From Takakia lepidozioides (lineage: Eukaryota; Plantae; Bryophyta), in NCBI GenBank assembly GCA_030704615.1, contig CM060731.1, positions 21,390,001 through 21,454,000 on the forward strand: DNA of 64,000 nt, read 5' to 3'. Under the pieces are notes generated by a model that saw only the letters and a list, made by a program, of their open reading frames with translations, did not search any database and had not been told where the DNA came from. This document shows positions 1 through 13,866 of the stretch, piece by piece; positions within the stretch are counted from its first letter, which is position 1; the number at the start of each line of letters is the position of its first letter. The translations under genes and the position numbers were made by a program.

Positions 1-1465
1 TTGAGCTCAGCAGAGATGCCGAGAGCTTCAGGTTGGTACAGCTGTCCTGATTTCACTCGCACTGCACATGCTGTGCAGCATCCTATATATGCCACAGTCC
101 CACACATAACATCACATTGGCAAGAGGCACTAACATAATGAAGGCACTCAATGTGCAATTTCAAATATACCACGACATATCTAAGTGCAGTGCTATGAGA
201 AATCTCACAACCAGGAAGACAAAGGAAATAGGACACTGACTAAAGCATTGTCACTTTAGTGCCTCCTTAAGCCATAATGAGAAGCTGTTCAGTTTCGAAG
301 TGAACAGCCACTCACAATGCCACTGAGACATCTTTGCTCTCCAACTCTTCCCATCAAGCTTTCAAAAACCCCAAAACCCATTTTGGCAAGAGGATTCTCC
401 CGCCTGTAGCTAGGTAGAGATCTATAACTAGGTTGCTGTGGACTTGACCTAGAGTTTGGCAACAGTGCCCTGACCTATGTGTTGGAAGCTGACCCTCCAC
501 AGAATTGAGCCAGACTGTACCGTGTCTGCATGAAAATGGCAAGTCTATTTTTTGCTCCTCCCCTGTTTGAAGAACGTATTGATCCTGCATACCATCCACC
601 CTTCAGCCCGTCTGCATCCATACACCTTTCCATGTATTTTCTTGGGTGAGTTATTTATAGTCTTTAAATGAGGCCCCAAAAGATGCACTCGGGGACCAAT
701 CCCTCTTGCCCTCTAGGAGTAGTCCTCTCTGGATGCTAGGCTGTTGTAACCACCATTTGCACCAACCAGGGAAGTCCAGGCCAAAATGACCATGCACAGT
801 AAAATAACAGCCCCAGACAGGTAGTTGCCTCTTGGCTTCATGGTTGGCAGTGATATCATTGCTACTGTAGCCCTGTAATGGGGATCCAAACTCGAGAGAG
901 AAATAAAGAGAAAGAGGAAGACTATAATTACTTACTTTCTGTTCCCCATCAGCTTCTTCCACTGGACCACTCAATTTCACATACTTGTCAAAATATGTTT
1001 CTCTGAGTTTTTTGCCCGCAGTGAGCACGCAACTCACACATATGAAATGCTCTCTCTCTCTCTCCAGTAACCGGAAGCCTACTCAGTCATCATGCCTCGG
1101 TATAGAGCCAAAAGGCTACGGCGGCACAACGTAATGTGAATTCAAATCCACACCCGCCCCATTTCTCACACAGGAACAAACACAAGATAAGATGGGAAGA
1201 AAGACATGTTTCGACCCACCTCTGGAACTGGAAATTGGTGAGTGACACCGCGCTGCCGGTCGTGGACGGTCACCATATGCACAGGCACTTCATACCATTC
1301 CGAGGGGTCGTCAACCTCGGTCTCCATAGCCAGACTTTCCACCGTCTCTCTGACATTTCCCACAGCTGCCCGCACAGCCACACAGGGCGATGAAGGCCTG
1401 CGCTCACTCTGTGGCAGGGCCACAATGGAGCACAGAGGTGCTCTCAAGCCAGTATAAGCAGCCAT
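1..1465 (-). CDS. FdC2: Chloroplast ferredoxin C2 (2Fe-2S), 5' part; exons 1220-1465, 521-584, <1-82; gene continues past the window start
   Basis: Spliced translation: MAAYTGLRAP transit-like region ... VHMVTVHDRQRGVTHQFPVPE|DQYVLQTGEEQKIDLPFSCRHG|CCTACAVRVKSGQLYQPEALGISAEL. It has the 2Fe-2S motif C-x4-C-x2-C and the FdC2-typical VTVHDRQRGV and QPEALGISAEL. GT-AG junctions are phase-consistent. Confidence 0.93.
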
Positions 1466-2846
1466 AGCTGAAAGCCGTGCCAATGCCTTTGAGCTTTTGG
1501 TCTCTCTTGTCGTTGGGTAGCGATGGTCTAGCCCCCCTCTGGACTTTGTTTACAAGTGTTTATATATATATTTAGAGAGAGAGAGAGAGCACTCATCTCT
1601 CACTATTTTTCTTGCCATCTCTGATTTCTTGCTCAAGAGTGACATGGAACCTTTGGGAGTGTAACTCCAATAGGGGTGACACCAAATGGAGTGTAACTCC
1701 ACTCGGTGTCACTCTCACTTGGTCTCTAAATTTGACCAAGTCCAAATTTGGCTAAGTATAAAATGTACTAAGAGGAGATACACAAGACAGCAGTGACGCA
1801 GTACGGGGTGACACGAACCAGCACCAGAGGAGCCGGAGTGACATTTGACAGGGAGCCTGCTGGAGAACCTGTGAGAGTACAGTCAGATCGCATCCGTGCA
1901 TTATGTTCTTACATCATTCCTGTTGTTTTCCCATGAGGCCCTTGATTACGCTGAGAGTATCAAATTTAGTGCATTATCCCATGGAGCTTATGGCGGAAGC
2001 ATGCGGCCAACTTTGATAGAGCATGGAGGTCCTTAGAGGTTTGTTGCTCAGCTACAGGGATTCCAAGCTCCCACTAACTAGACCACACAGGCTTGAGCAA
2101 AAGTATGTCAGTGATTGAAGCTGATTTATCTTGTTTTGTTAAAAAGTGTCGCAATGCTTTAATTGTGTTAACAATGTTGTTCTACATCAGATAATCCATC
2201 AGTTTCTGTTACACCTGAAATGTTTCTATGGAGTATAAAATAGTTGAATGAAGTATAAATAGTTGCATACAGTACAACCAATATTCAATTTGTCCGCCTT
2301 TGCTTTTGTTACAGTTTTTCCTCACTTGTATGTCACGGGCTGATCCCACTCAGAGAGCATTAAGGCCCGTTCAGATGTTGCCAACTCAGTGGCTTGGTAA
2401 CTAACTTGAATAGGGCCAAATCAATGATCTTCAACAGTCATCATAGAGCATACACAGGTAGACTTTTAAAGAGTCATTCCCCCTATACTGGAGGGCAATT
2501 ATCTAAGCATAGTCTTATGCGACTGTGACCTCTGGAGAGTCCGGGGGCACAACAACTAACCCCTCTGTATGACTTCTACCAAAGATATGCACCTTGAGTT
2601 GCTGCACCTTTTCAGTCGGTATGCAAACCCCTTTCACCATCCAGAATCCTCCTTTCAGGATGGCTAGCACTTCCTCTGCCCTGGCTGGTGCGGAATCCCC
2701 CTCCCTCCCGTGCCTCTGCTCCTTTCGGTGTCGCCAAGGCTCTTACAGAGAATCTAGCATCAGATAAGTACGTGTTGGATCTGCCCAGTCTCTGTGCTTC
2801 TTTCCCAATCCCCATTCTGTTTGACTTGTTGATAACCATTGCTCAT

Positions 2847-5800
2847 TCAAGCCTTGTAAGCATCTTTTTTTCTGGGAAGAAGAGAAGAGGAGATATAAGC
2901 CAAGGCTTGGGCCTCTGAGAAACCCACATGATCAATGAGAGCTCTTGCAATGGCTCGGCAATACGAAGCCGAAGGGGCAAACATTTCGACCATTCCTGAC
3001 TTGAATTTCTCTACGTCTGCCAAGGAACATCTGCACCAGAACTTTGGATCAGTGGTACTCACCAAACTGCCAAATATGTACGAAGGATGGACTTCTGGAC
3101 AACGCAGAATTGGCATCAAATTGACACTATGTTTTCCAGGGTAAGATAGATAGTAAGAGTCTAGGCACATAGCATGTCATTTGCAAGAGGTTGGGTTATG
3201 TTGCTCACAGTCTGTCCATGTGTCCACTACACCAGTCTTAATTCAACAAGGGTCGATCCCAACATGAGAGCTTCCTTCTTGCTGGAAAATCATTTACTGG
3301 TGGGATTACTTTTAAAGGCTACTGAGTTGCATGCGAAGCAATCCACCATGGATGGTCAAGAGATTAGAATTTCCTCTTGGGCCAACAGCCCACCTGTTTG
3401 ACATTGATAAAAAATTTGATCCAATTCAATAACAACAATTTAGCAATCCTTAACTAAATACCTTTGAACATACTGAAGGCTTCTAATCTTATCATGGGTA
3501 ATGGAAATAACTGACTTGAGGAGCAGCAGCGAAGGCAGACAACTCAACAGGACATGTTAAGTTGTCTACCTTTGCTGTTGCTCCAGTCAGAGGCCATCAC
3601 TTATGAAGGCAAGAAACCACTTCATTTCACAGGGCAAATCGACCATCGGATTAATTAACTTTAAGGAAGTCTGTTTTGGAATATCCTCTGGACATGATAA
3701 GCTCTCCCTCTCTTTCCATCCCTCTCATTTTCTTGCAAGGGAGTGGATGACCACAGTTCAATCTCCTCCTCTTTGTGTCTGGGTAGAACATCCTGGAAGA
3801 CCGAGAGCTGGTTTGCTGAGCGTTCTGAGGTTTCTCTCATTTTTCTTGTGGTATTCTATTTCCCAAAGTACTTTGGGTCTTTCTGACTACAATCGGTTCA
3901 AAAACCAGGGTACCAAGCAATAATGCGCCATTGGCCAGCAGTATTAACAGCCCGGCAATGTGTCTAGCAGTTCCCTATGACATGCCAAATGCATATTTCA
4001 ACCTTAGAGACATGATGTGCCTTTTGTCACATGATAGCCCTTCCCTCAAGCAGGTGCTTTGGACAACAGCTTAGACTATGGAGTGCAGAACAAGAGTGGG
4101 GCAACATACGTGAAAGTCAGAATGGGAAGACCGTCCTTCTCCCCCAAGTATTTGATAGTCCCATACCAGCCCTCCTGTAACATTTGTGACCCAAGCTGGT
4201 TAACAACCTGAGGCTCTTACAGCTCACCACAGAGCAAGAGAGATGGAAGTACCATTCATCATTCACTGTTAGCTCTGAGCTAGTACCAGCAAGATAGTCC
4301 TCTGGAGCAAGTTTTGGGAGTTTATATACACTGGCTAATGACACTGAAGAAGACAGGGAAATAGGTTGAGAAATGGACATGATTCAGTTCAAGCTTGGTG
4401 AACCTCCATCAAATTCCAGATTACAAGATACAGTAACAACACATTACCTTAAGAACTTCAAGAGTGTGAGCCGGTGAATCTGGTGGCCCCTTCCTCAAAG
4501 TTTCAATCTGGCTAGGAGCAATCCAAGCTTGCCAGTCAATTGAGCCGTGCACATTCTCTTGGGTGATTATGTCATTTAACTGCTCCAGCCTGCTCTCAGA
4601 TAGGACAATTTAAGGATGCATCAATTTCGTGTGACGATAAATGGACATGAAGAGTACCCAGAAAGTCTTCTGCTCAAACATTGAAGCCATTACGCATGTA
4701 AAGCCCTCACCAACAGTGCTGCTGAGTATAACAACATAGTGATAAGACATTGGGTGTTCACTTGATGGGGTACTATAATTGAGACCTACCACTTAATTTG
4801 CACCAACAAAAAATTTAAATTTGAACACTTAGTCAAGTATGAAAAGATGTGAGGGTGGGTTCAATGATGTACATAGAGGAGGAATGCTAAGCATCGTCTT
4901 GTCTGGAACTATTGAAGAGCTATTGAAGAGCTTGAAAAGTGACAGGGGTGTTGCACGCCTACGTGATTTTGTAGACACGAATGTGAGTGATTGGCTCGCC
5001 TTCAGAAGGGTTCGGGTCAATGAATGCAACTCCTCCCATGCCCCAGGTAGCAGTTCTCTTGCGGCCGAAAAACAGTTGATGAGGAACACACAACCCATCA
5101 GCTGCCAAAGGAGGTGACTTATCCCTACATCCAATACAAGGACGTGCCATCCCTTCTACCTGCAAATACGCATTCAAATAAGAAGGTGAGACTTAATGTC
5201 TTATCAAGACCATAGGCACCATGGAGCTTACTGAATCTCCAGTTGTAAATGACACAGTCCAGCAGCTTCTTGCTAAATAAATTTACTCTAAACCTCTTGG
5301 TTTTGGCAAAGAGCGAATATTTATGACGAAATCTAACGTCTTGATGTTAGAGAATCCTTGCATAAAAAGGATTTAAGCAAGTATGATTTATGAGCTGTAG
5401 GATTACTGTCTTTCTAGCGGCCGCGATGTCACTCGAAAGCTCCCACCCCCCAAGTACTTCAGGCAACCAGCTTACCCAGTGACCACTTTTACAGCTGGGT
5501 CAGCTATAATGGGTGACACCTGACATGCACCAATGTGGATTTAAACTCGACCCACTTGGAAGGAGGCCTTGTGCCCTAACCACTGGGTTATCTCTGGATG
5601 CTCCATCCTCACATAACTATGTGCGCCAAACAACTTCCACCACTGCAGTGTATGATTAATGTCCAGCTATCGAACCCAGTTAAGTTCAACTAGCAAATCA
5701 GCAATGGGCTGAAGTTGCTGTTAGCCTGACATATGTTACAAGTTGTGAGACCCAAAGGCTGAAACATACCTGACCTCCATGAATATAGCACATGAACCGG

Positions 5801-8800
5801 GAATGCCACATATTGGACCCATAGCTGGCATACCAAACATAGCTTCTCTCAGGGCCCTGGCTGGGAACAGAGGAATCTCCTTCACCGGTACTGACGGAAT
5901 ACTTATTGACTGCATGTTCCAAACATTGAGCAGGTTTGCTGCTCTCAGAGGCCTGGCCAGTAACATGAGACTCTCCTTCACCAGTACTGGAGGCATCCTT
6001 TCTAACTGAATATTCCATACTCTGAGCAGGTTTGCTTTCACTTCTGTCGACACTAGGATCCGTGACTTCTATTGAAAGCCCACTATCCGAGCCTGCACAC
6101 TTGCTCCGGTCTTCTTGCCTTGACGCTGGTTTTATTTCTCCCTCTGTCATCTTAGTACGTGCCAAGCAGGCCTCTGTGTCTGCATTAAAGAGGAACACCA
6201 AACCATCTCTCAGATTCTTTGCCACAGCCATCAGTCAATCATAATCGCCACCCCAGATGCAACCTTTAAGAACCGAGGTAACAAATACTTGGCCACACAC
6301 CCCAACATTTGGCCTCACCAAGACTGGAGGAACTGGCTTCTGAAACCTCAAGTGCGTCTTAAGCTCCCCTAGTTGGCGCAGTTCAGATTTGGGACCCTGT
6401 TTCTCCATTACAGTAGCACTACATCCAACTGGCAGGCTTGGATCTACCCTTACCAGTACAGTATGCCTCTTATTCCATTTCCATTCATCTTACTTTCCAG
6501 GTCCAGGTCAGTGGCCTTTTACTTACCAGAACTATTTGGTCCCATTGTTGTTGCCTCAGGCACTGTTTCTCGAGGGCAATTTGTACCATTGTAGGCGTCC
6601 AACAAAACTCTGGCTCCATCATTAATAACCTGCCCCTCTGTCGATAACTGCGCTAAAAGCCCAATGAGATTTGTTATGGGCATCTGCTCAGCCACTGAGC
6701 TTGCTTCCTCTGGAATGACCTCTTTTCCATCACTCTTCTTCCTCCTGGCATAGACTATTGCAGGCAATGCCTCTTTTTTCTCCAGGATCAAATTTGCCAA
6801 TTCCTGCAGTAAATAAAGACATGAAAGTACTACCAGTAAGTATGACTGCAGAGAGAATTCCAGACTTTACATGTGACAGGTAACTCAAAAAAGAACCAGA
6901 GGAAAACATCATTGTGGGGCCCCAGGGGCCCATGGAACAAAGTAGAACAGTCTGTTAGGTCACAAAACATTTTTTTAGGCAACACTGACAGGTCAGATAA
7001 CCACTTGCCTCTGCAGCAATCCTTGGAGTAGGAGCCTCATGGGGAACCATCTCAATCTTCTTGCTGAGAAGAGGCCAGTACATCTCAAGCTCTTTCCTTA
7101 CCTACACAACAGCTACCAAACTTAGGATCTTGAATAGTTGGTGCTAGAACTTTACTAGAATGTTTGCTGTCTTCGAAGACAATCAGCTGACATGGCAAAT
7201 CACTTTGACTCAATGGAATAGAATTAAGATTCGGTATTCACTGAGCATCGTCATTAGAAATTTCAACAGACTAGATGCAATTTGTCTGCATACCAGATTG
7301 AGTCTCATGAGCTTTGAGACACCAATCTAGTCCGATCTAGGGCACTACAGAATTGAGCTGCTAGAGAGAACAAATGTGTGAGCAGAAGTGTGAGAAAGTT
7401 GAAGATCCTCCAAGGACAACATGGTTATTATCTGTTTTGAAAGTTAAAACTATGCATCAGATGGAGAAAGTGATCCAGCTGGACAACTCCGTATCCAGAT
7501 TTCTCATTAGAAGCTCCCATTCATCCCCTGAAATTTTCCACAGGAGTTATTCGTGCATCCATGCCTGTTACCAGCACCGAGGCTGTTAGACAAATTTGAT
7601 AATCTTACAGTGGATCTGCCAACGCTAGGTAGTTAGCTGGAAAAAGAGAAGAGAGAGAAATTTTTGAATTATTGTAGGACCCGATACATGGGGTATGAGC
7701 AAAGTAACACTCCAAGAGTGATGCAACTTTCATACATCAGATTGCAATAACAGCTATGGAGACGAGATGGAGATATACTCTTTGTATGAGAGGCCAGGTT
7801 GGACTTAAAAGCTCCTGCCTGTGAGGGCTCTCCAAGGGCGGGTCACCCAGCAACACTTGAACGCATGCTAGATACGAGTTGGCGATGGACGTGAGATTGT
7901 ATCCCCCTTCCAGCACCATTACAACCCGGCCCCCCGCTAGACCCTTTAACTGTACCAAACAATTTCAGGAGCATTGACATGCACTGAGCATAAATCCAGC
8001 AGAGCAGGAATCAGGACTGCATTTCTCTTTCAACTTTTGAGGCTCTGATGTATCTGGCACCTTACCTGCACTTTCAGTGACATGTACTGTGTTTTTTAAG
8101 CAGTTCCCTGTTGTTCTACTTTGTCCCATGCCCTAGGGCTCTGTGTTTCTTCCTCTTTCTCTGGACCTCCTGTGGCCATTGTAATTTTCCCTCTCCTTGT
8201 TTCTGATCCATCCAAACCCCGCACACTCCCTACGGTTGTAAGACTATGAGAAGAAAAGTCTAAATGACTCTGTGTTCACCAACCTTCAAAATCTCAAGGG
8301 GGAGCCTAAAGCCCTGGCCCTGTTGGGATCTAATTGTTGGGCAGCTCACACACAGCAGATTGATGATTGTGTGAAGGGTTTTCTAGACGAAATCTGGAAA
8401 GCCCGCACCAATTGTTTATATCTAAAGGTAAGACCCACTACCGGAGTGACCCCCTCACAAAGGTAGTGTCTGTTCCCTCTTGTTCGGCCCAAACTGGGCA
8501 CGGGATCTATGGCCACAAGGGTTTGGCAAACAACATCTTATGAGTACATTCTCTCTCTCTCTCTCTCTCTCTCACAACCAGGCTAAGTCTCTAGAATCCA
8601 TTCAAGTGGGGGTGCTTAAGGAGTGTATGTCAGCATGCTCCAAAACAGCCAATGTGGCTGTTCGGGGTGAGTTTGGCATTCCGTCCTTAAGCTCCCGACG
8701 AGATGAATTCAAGGTCAGATGGTGGGGTCAGCTGCATCATATGCCCAACACCAGATATCCTAAATTAATCGACTCTATATCTTGGAAACAGGACTGCCCT

Positions 8801-11800
8801 GTCAAACAGGCTAAGTCCTGGCAGAAGAGAGTAGAAGAGATCCTCAAGGACCTGGATCCGCAAGTCTTGACCCTGCTGGATAAATCTGACTTAGAGGCTG
8901 TAGTGTCCTCAGCCATGTCTGTTGCCATGAGATTGTCTGATGAAAATGAAGTTAGGCAGAAAACTTCCCTGAACTTGTTTCCAGTCTGTGACATGGGGGA
9001 GGACATCTTGGATGACCTCAAGGGTCTACCCACTCTCGGCACTAGACTGAAATTTAAACTCAGGGCAGGAAGCCTACCTTTGAACAGCAAACAGAAGCAG
9101 AGAGGAAAGGGAGAGTGCAATTGCCCGTTGTGTGGGCAATCTGAAGACAGTATTCATTTTCTGATACACTGTCCGGGGTTCTCTCACCAAAGAGACGCTC
9201 TCTTCAAATCTATTAAGGGAATTGTGCCTGTACCCCTGTTTACCAACTTTGAAAGTCTCGAGGCTGAGCCAAAAGCCCAGGCCCTCCTGAGGCCTAGTTT
9301 TTGGGCAAATCACACACAGCAGATTGATGCTTGTGTGAAGGGATTTCTAGAGGATATCTGGAAAACCCGGATTAATTCTTTATATGGAGGTAAGTCTTAC
9401 TACCAACGTCAGCCCCTGACAGAGGTAGGTTCTGTCCCTTTTGTTCCCGCTCAAACTGGGCGGGGGGTCAATGGCCACAAGGCTACGGCAAACAACGTCT
9501 TATGAGTACAATCTCTCTCTCTCACACACACACTGTCAAAAATTGGAAAGAGTCCCAGTAGGGGTACCTGTTGTGTCATATGGGCATATCCACTTGGTGT
9601 CACTCTGCATCCACCTAATGGATCACCTTCCGCTGCAAATTTGAAGACGCCCAGACAAATGAATATAGATCAGTCATGACCTCATACACAGCAAACCACA
9701 TGATTGTTTTTGAACTTGCATGCTGCCTAAGTGCTGAACATGTCCGTGCTAAATATGGACGTAACACTAATTGCAGTTGCAACTAGATAACCAGTGCAAG
9801 TAGTCCAGATATTTAATCATGGCTGGGGAGTGGTGAGCCAGAAATCTTCCCTCCAGCAGATTATACTATGAATCCAGGCTGTATGTGACATGATTTACAT
9901 CAGAAACCCCTTCAGTAACATTTCAATGTTAAGGAACTGCAAAACATCGGAGGAAATTAATCCTGGAGCAGAGCACAGCATCCCAGGACCCTTCGGATTC
10001 TTCAAGATCTGTGCTGTTGCAATGTAACACAATGGATATGCTATTTGAACAATGGGTTCCAGGGCTCTGTCAGCGACAAAAAAAATCTGCAAATTGTCCA
10101 GAGAGGTTCTGATTATGGTACCTCTAAGAGTGATTGGCGACAATGTCACCAGACCAGATCAGTGATGGAGCGATTAATTCAGTGTGACTACTCCTCTTGT
10201 GAATTACATGAGAACACTAACCTGAATCGAATCCAGCTGAGATTATAACCATGTCAGGGTTAAAGGTGTGGGCCACTGGCATAAGTACATGCTCCCATAC
10301 TGCCAAGTAATCAGCATCTCCAAATCCATGACGTGGCCATGGCACATTGATATTGAACCCCGCTCCATTGCCTTGACCAACTTGTGTGTAGTCACCTGCA
10401 TCTCCTCTTGGATAGAAGAGTCCTCCATCATACCTAGATGCAAATTACAAGGTGTCAGAGCATCCACATTTACACCAAGCTCAAGCAACCATTCATATGT
10501 TGACAACTGCTTTGTTCAGTTTATACAAGGGGAAACAGGCAGGCAGTCTAGCCCGCTTCATTGGCAACCTCATTGGCCCCTACATTTGCACTTTATGAAT
10601 CTACAGAGACCCTAAATTAGGTCCATCTTCTTTAATTCGCCAAGAAGAATCAACACCCCACAATCAGGAAATGAAACTATTTTCTTTCCTATCTTAACCT
10701 GCAAAAACCCCTCTACATGACAATCTTTGCAGGAAACTAATAAGCCATTGCAAAACTCTCTCATAAGGCATACCTATGAACAGAGAAGTACAAGACCTGG
10801 GGATCGCTCCAGAACATCTGCTGGGTACCATTGCCATGATGCACGTCCCAGTCCACTATTAGCAGCCTGCCGACTCCGAGTTCTCTCTGAATCCAATTGC
10901 CGGTAAAAGCAAACATTCAGTATAATCAGAGATAGGTTGATCCAAAAGGCCACTTTAGAGTCTGAACAGACTATATACAAAGACATGACCAGGTTAAACT
11001 ATCCTGCAAAGGCTGAGGTCGCAAAAGAAATTAAGTCTTCAGTTATGTACCTCTCTTTCTCTATTTTGTTCGAGTGATCTATCTGCCCCTCTCCTTCCCT
11101 ACCTGCTCTCCCCTTGTGCAGTCTAACCTTTTTGTGAACAAGGATGTGAGCTGCAATTGCAACATTGTTGAAAAGACAGAATCCCATTGCTTCATTTGAC
11201 TCAGCATGATGCCCAGGTGGACGAACTACAGCTGCCCCTGCTGCGAGTTGCCCTTGGGCTACCTGGAGTGCAATCTGGGAATACACATGTCACAAGTATC
11301 ACATTACTCCTCTACACCAAGAATGTATATCTATGTGCCAAGAACAACCCATCCATCAATAAGAGAGAATTGGACCACTTTGTACAGCATTACAAACGAA
11401 CGGCTTCTCTGAAGAATGATGGTGCATCCTGACCTCAATAACTGATCCGGCAGCCAAGAGAGCCGATTCTGAAGAACCCTCATTGAAGTATATAGAGTTG
11501 TAGTCCTTCGCCAATGAGTTGTGTCGTTCTCTTCCATAGCTGCTTACAGATTTCATGAGAGCAATATGCCTGCTAGTGTGCACCGTCTGCAATTCCTGAT
11601 CTGTAGCCATCCTTGCATCCACATGAACGCATCTGTCCGGCTTACCAAAAAACTAGCAAGATGATGTTAGAAGATCTATGTACAGTATCAATCTTGAGAA
11701 CCATTGTATTCCATCACAGCCATGGCCAAGGAAGAGAACAAGGGGGAGATTTGTCATCAAAGATGAGCAATTACAAGTGGGATTAATGTTCTCCTTTAGT

Positions 11801-12838
11801 AATAGCTCATCCTGAGCTTTAGAAGTTTACACAAGCTTTCTATACCATCTCACTTAAAAGGTCAAAACACTGTGTGACGTTCCACAGAGCATTGCTGAGA
11901 GCCATAACACTCAAATTGACCACGACAAAATGAGATTCTGATGTGTTTGCAAGTTCTTATGTAGCAGAATAGTATAATTGAAATACATATGGCGGGTTGA
12001 CAATGTGATCACAAGTGGGGGGTCCAAGCTATTGTCCAAACCACCATTTCCTTCCAAACTTAAAACCATCATGTTGATGTACTTTTTGAGGTATAATATT
12101 AGAGCAAGTTTTTCCCTTCCATTTTTTCCCTTCCATTGAGCACTCGATGTCACTCCCTTGTTTGATACCACCATAAATTTGTGACTGTAGGGGCATTGGT
12201 TTATAGAGAGCTAGGACACACTTTTGTACTGAGACAGTCACCCGAGAGGGATTTACATCTTGCATGATCGATGGCAGCAAGGCTACAGCATTTGTAGGAT
12301 GAGAAGACAGTTTACTAACTACCTGATCACAGGTAGTACACATCCCACCTGATTACACCTGATACTTCTAAGTTTCAGAATTGTAGAGTGGCCCGTACTG
12401 TATTGCCATACTGGTAGCTGGAGATTTTACTAATGATCTTAAATGGGAGGAAAAATCACTTCGACAATATGGGAAAGGGACCATGACCAGAGGCGACAGT
12501 TTGAAGGGAAGAGCTGATAACGTCTCGTCTTTAAAAGACGAGTATATAGCCTCGTCCGACCTAAAGCATAACTTTCATAGCCCTGGAGCATTCTTGGAAT
12601 GCATCCTCCTGGAAAACTTCGTGCAACATGAAATTTGGGGCGGAGGATAAGCAACTGGGAGGTTGAAAGAGCATACGGCTCGTGACAATGCCACGTATTA
12701 CCTTTCAGAAACTCCTGCAGATTGCAAGAGGCCATAAATTGATGAGATACGCGCGGGCTGCTCCGGGTGGTTGACCTCCTCCTCGTTTTGGTGTGCACAC
12801 ATCCGCGGATCATACACTAGCCCCACTCCCAATGCCAT
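2847..12838 (-). CDS. HDA5: Class II histone deacetylase, HDA5-like, with C-terminal YASYGSNM (GGCT-like) domain; 14 exons: 12702-12838, 11434-11632, 11128-11274, 10774-10886, 10222-10433, 9568-9632, 7779-7949, 7009-7101, 6527-6803, 5770-6179, 4963-5159, 4448-4589, 4110-4174, 2847-3030
   Basis: HDAC motifs occur in order: [81 protein letters not shown]. The C-terminal part [43 protein letters not shown] matches plant HDA5. Splice phases are consistent throughout. Confidence 0.93.
5405..5600 (-). mobile_element. tRNA-derived SINE-like element in an HDA5 intron
   Basis: The minus strand has an A-box-like TAACCCAGTGG and a B-box-like GAGTTTAAATCC at tRNA spacing. The body segment GGTGTCACCCATTATAGC... 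recurs in diverged form at about 36385-36436. Confidence 0.5.
8260..8572 (+). mobile_element. Short 3' fragment of a LINE ending in a (CT)n tract
   Basis: Diverged copy of 9230-9525 ([29 protein letters not shown]), ending in CAAACAACATCTTATGAGTACATT(CT)n. Confidence 0.75.
8577..9525 (+). mobile_element. 5'-truncated LINE, ORF2 C-terminus with CCHC zinc knuckle, in HDA5 intron 6 and antisense to the gene
   Basis: ORF 8480-9505 contains [24 protein letters not shown] and [18 protein letters not shown] (post-RT zinc-finger region). The 3' end is GGCTACGGCAAACAACGTCTTATGAGTACAA followed by (TC)n(CA)n. Confidence 0.8.
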
Positions 12839-13866
12839 GACCTCTCTCTCCTTCCCTTTCACCCTCTGCAACCTCCTTCGTCCTTCAGAAACCACTTGTT
12901 TCTCCGCCTACCCTAATCTTACTTTCTTCAAGCTTGAAAGAATTGTGAATTCTCCGATAATGTCTGTTTCTCTGCTTTCTCTCGGCAACGTGAATGTTGT
13001 TTACCAGAAAAGACATGCCCGAATGCTCGCATCCTTCACAAACCAACAACCTGCCTCACACTCCTCACTGACCATCCAAGCACACAGACAACAAAGAGGC
13101 AGAGAGCTGTCTCTTTTACGCAACATTTCTGTCTTTCTATTTGGACGCTTCAGATTCCATTTCTGTCCAGCTCTCAACATCGGGAGTGAGCACAACTAAG
13201 CTCTGTACACCATACGGGATGCCAAATGGATGGATGCCTTCTGTTGTTTCCTGTTTCTTTTCTCTGTTGTTTCTACAGAATGGAGATTTCCTTACTGACT
13301 AAGGCTGACTCAGTCAATTGTAGGACTTTTGAGGGGGATACCGTATTTGGTTTCTGGCGGGTCCCGGTTTTTGGAAAACGAAGAAGATCAACGATTGCAA
13401 AGTGTGGAGTCAGGAGAAAGGATCAACTCATTACGGAATTCGACAGATCTTGGGGGAAAGGGGGTTTCTTCTGCAGGAGAATTGATGATGCCCGAATCGA
13501 GTGGTATGAAGACATCCTTGCTTGCTAGCAGGGACATCAACACTAAAGCATCTCCAATGACAGGGGAGGAGGCGGAAGTTAATTGGAGGCACAAAAGGAG
13601 TTCTCGAAAGGGAAAATCTAAAACGCAATTACCGTTTGAAGCCCCCAAGAGGAAAAGAGGCAGTGTTTAGATCCTTTGTGTTAGGATCTTTTAATGATCT
13701 CTCTGCTCTTTTAGCCCAGCAAAGGTTGGCTCTTGGACTGCAGTCAACTCGGGCTTTTTCATTTCTCTTAGTTCCTTCAGATGTGTTGGCTCTCTGATGT
13801 TCGAATCTCTTCGGTGAACCTAAACAAGGACAACGGGCACAGTAGAGGTGAAGATGGTGGAAAGCG

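Noticed and set aside
1640-1830. Short repeats GAGTGTAACTCC / GGGGTGACAC between FdC2 and HDA5
   Set aside because: Too short and unbounded to call as an element or a regulatory site.
13226-13670. Possible divergent gene upstream of HDA5 (basic, NLS-like ORF 13329-13670)
   Set aside because: No recognisable domain or supportable exon chain.
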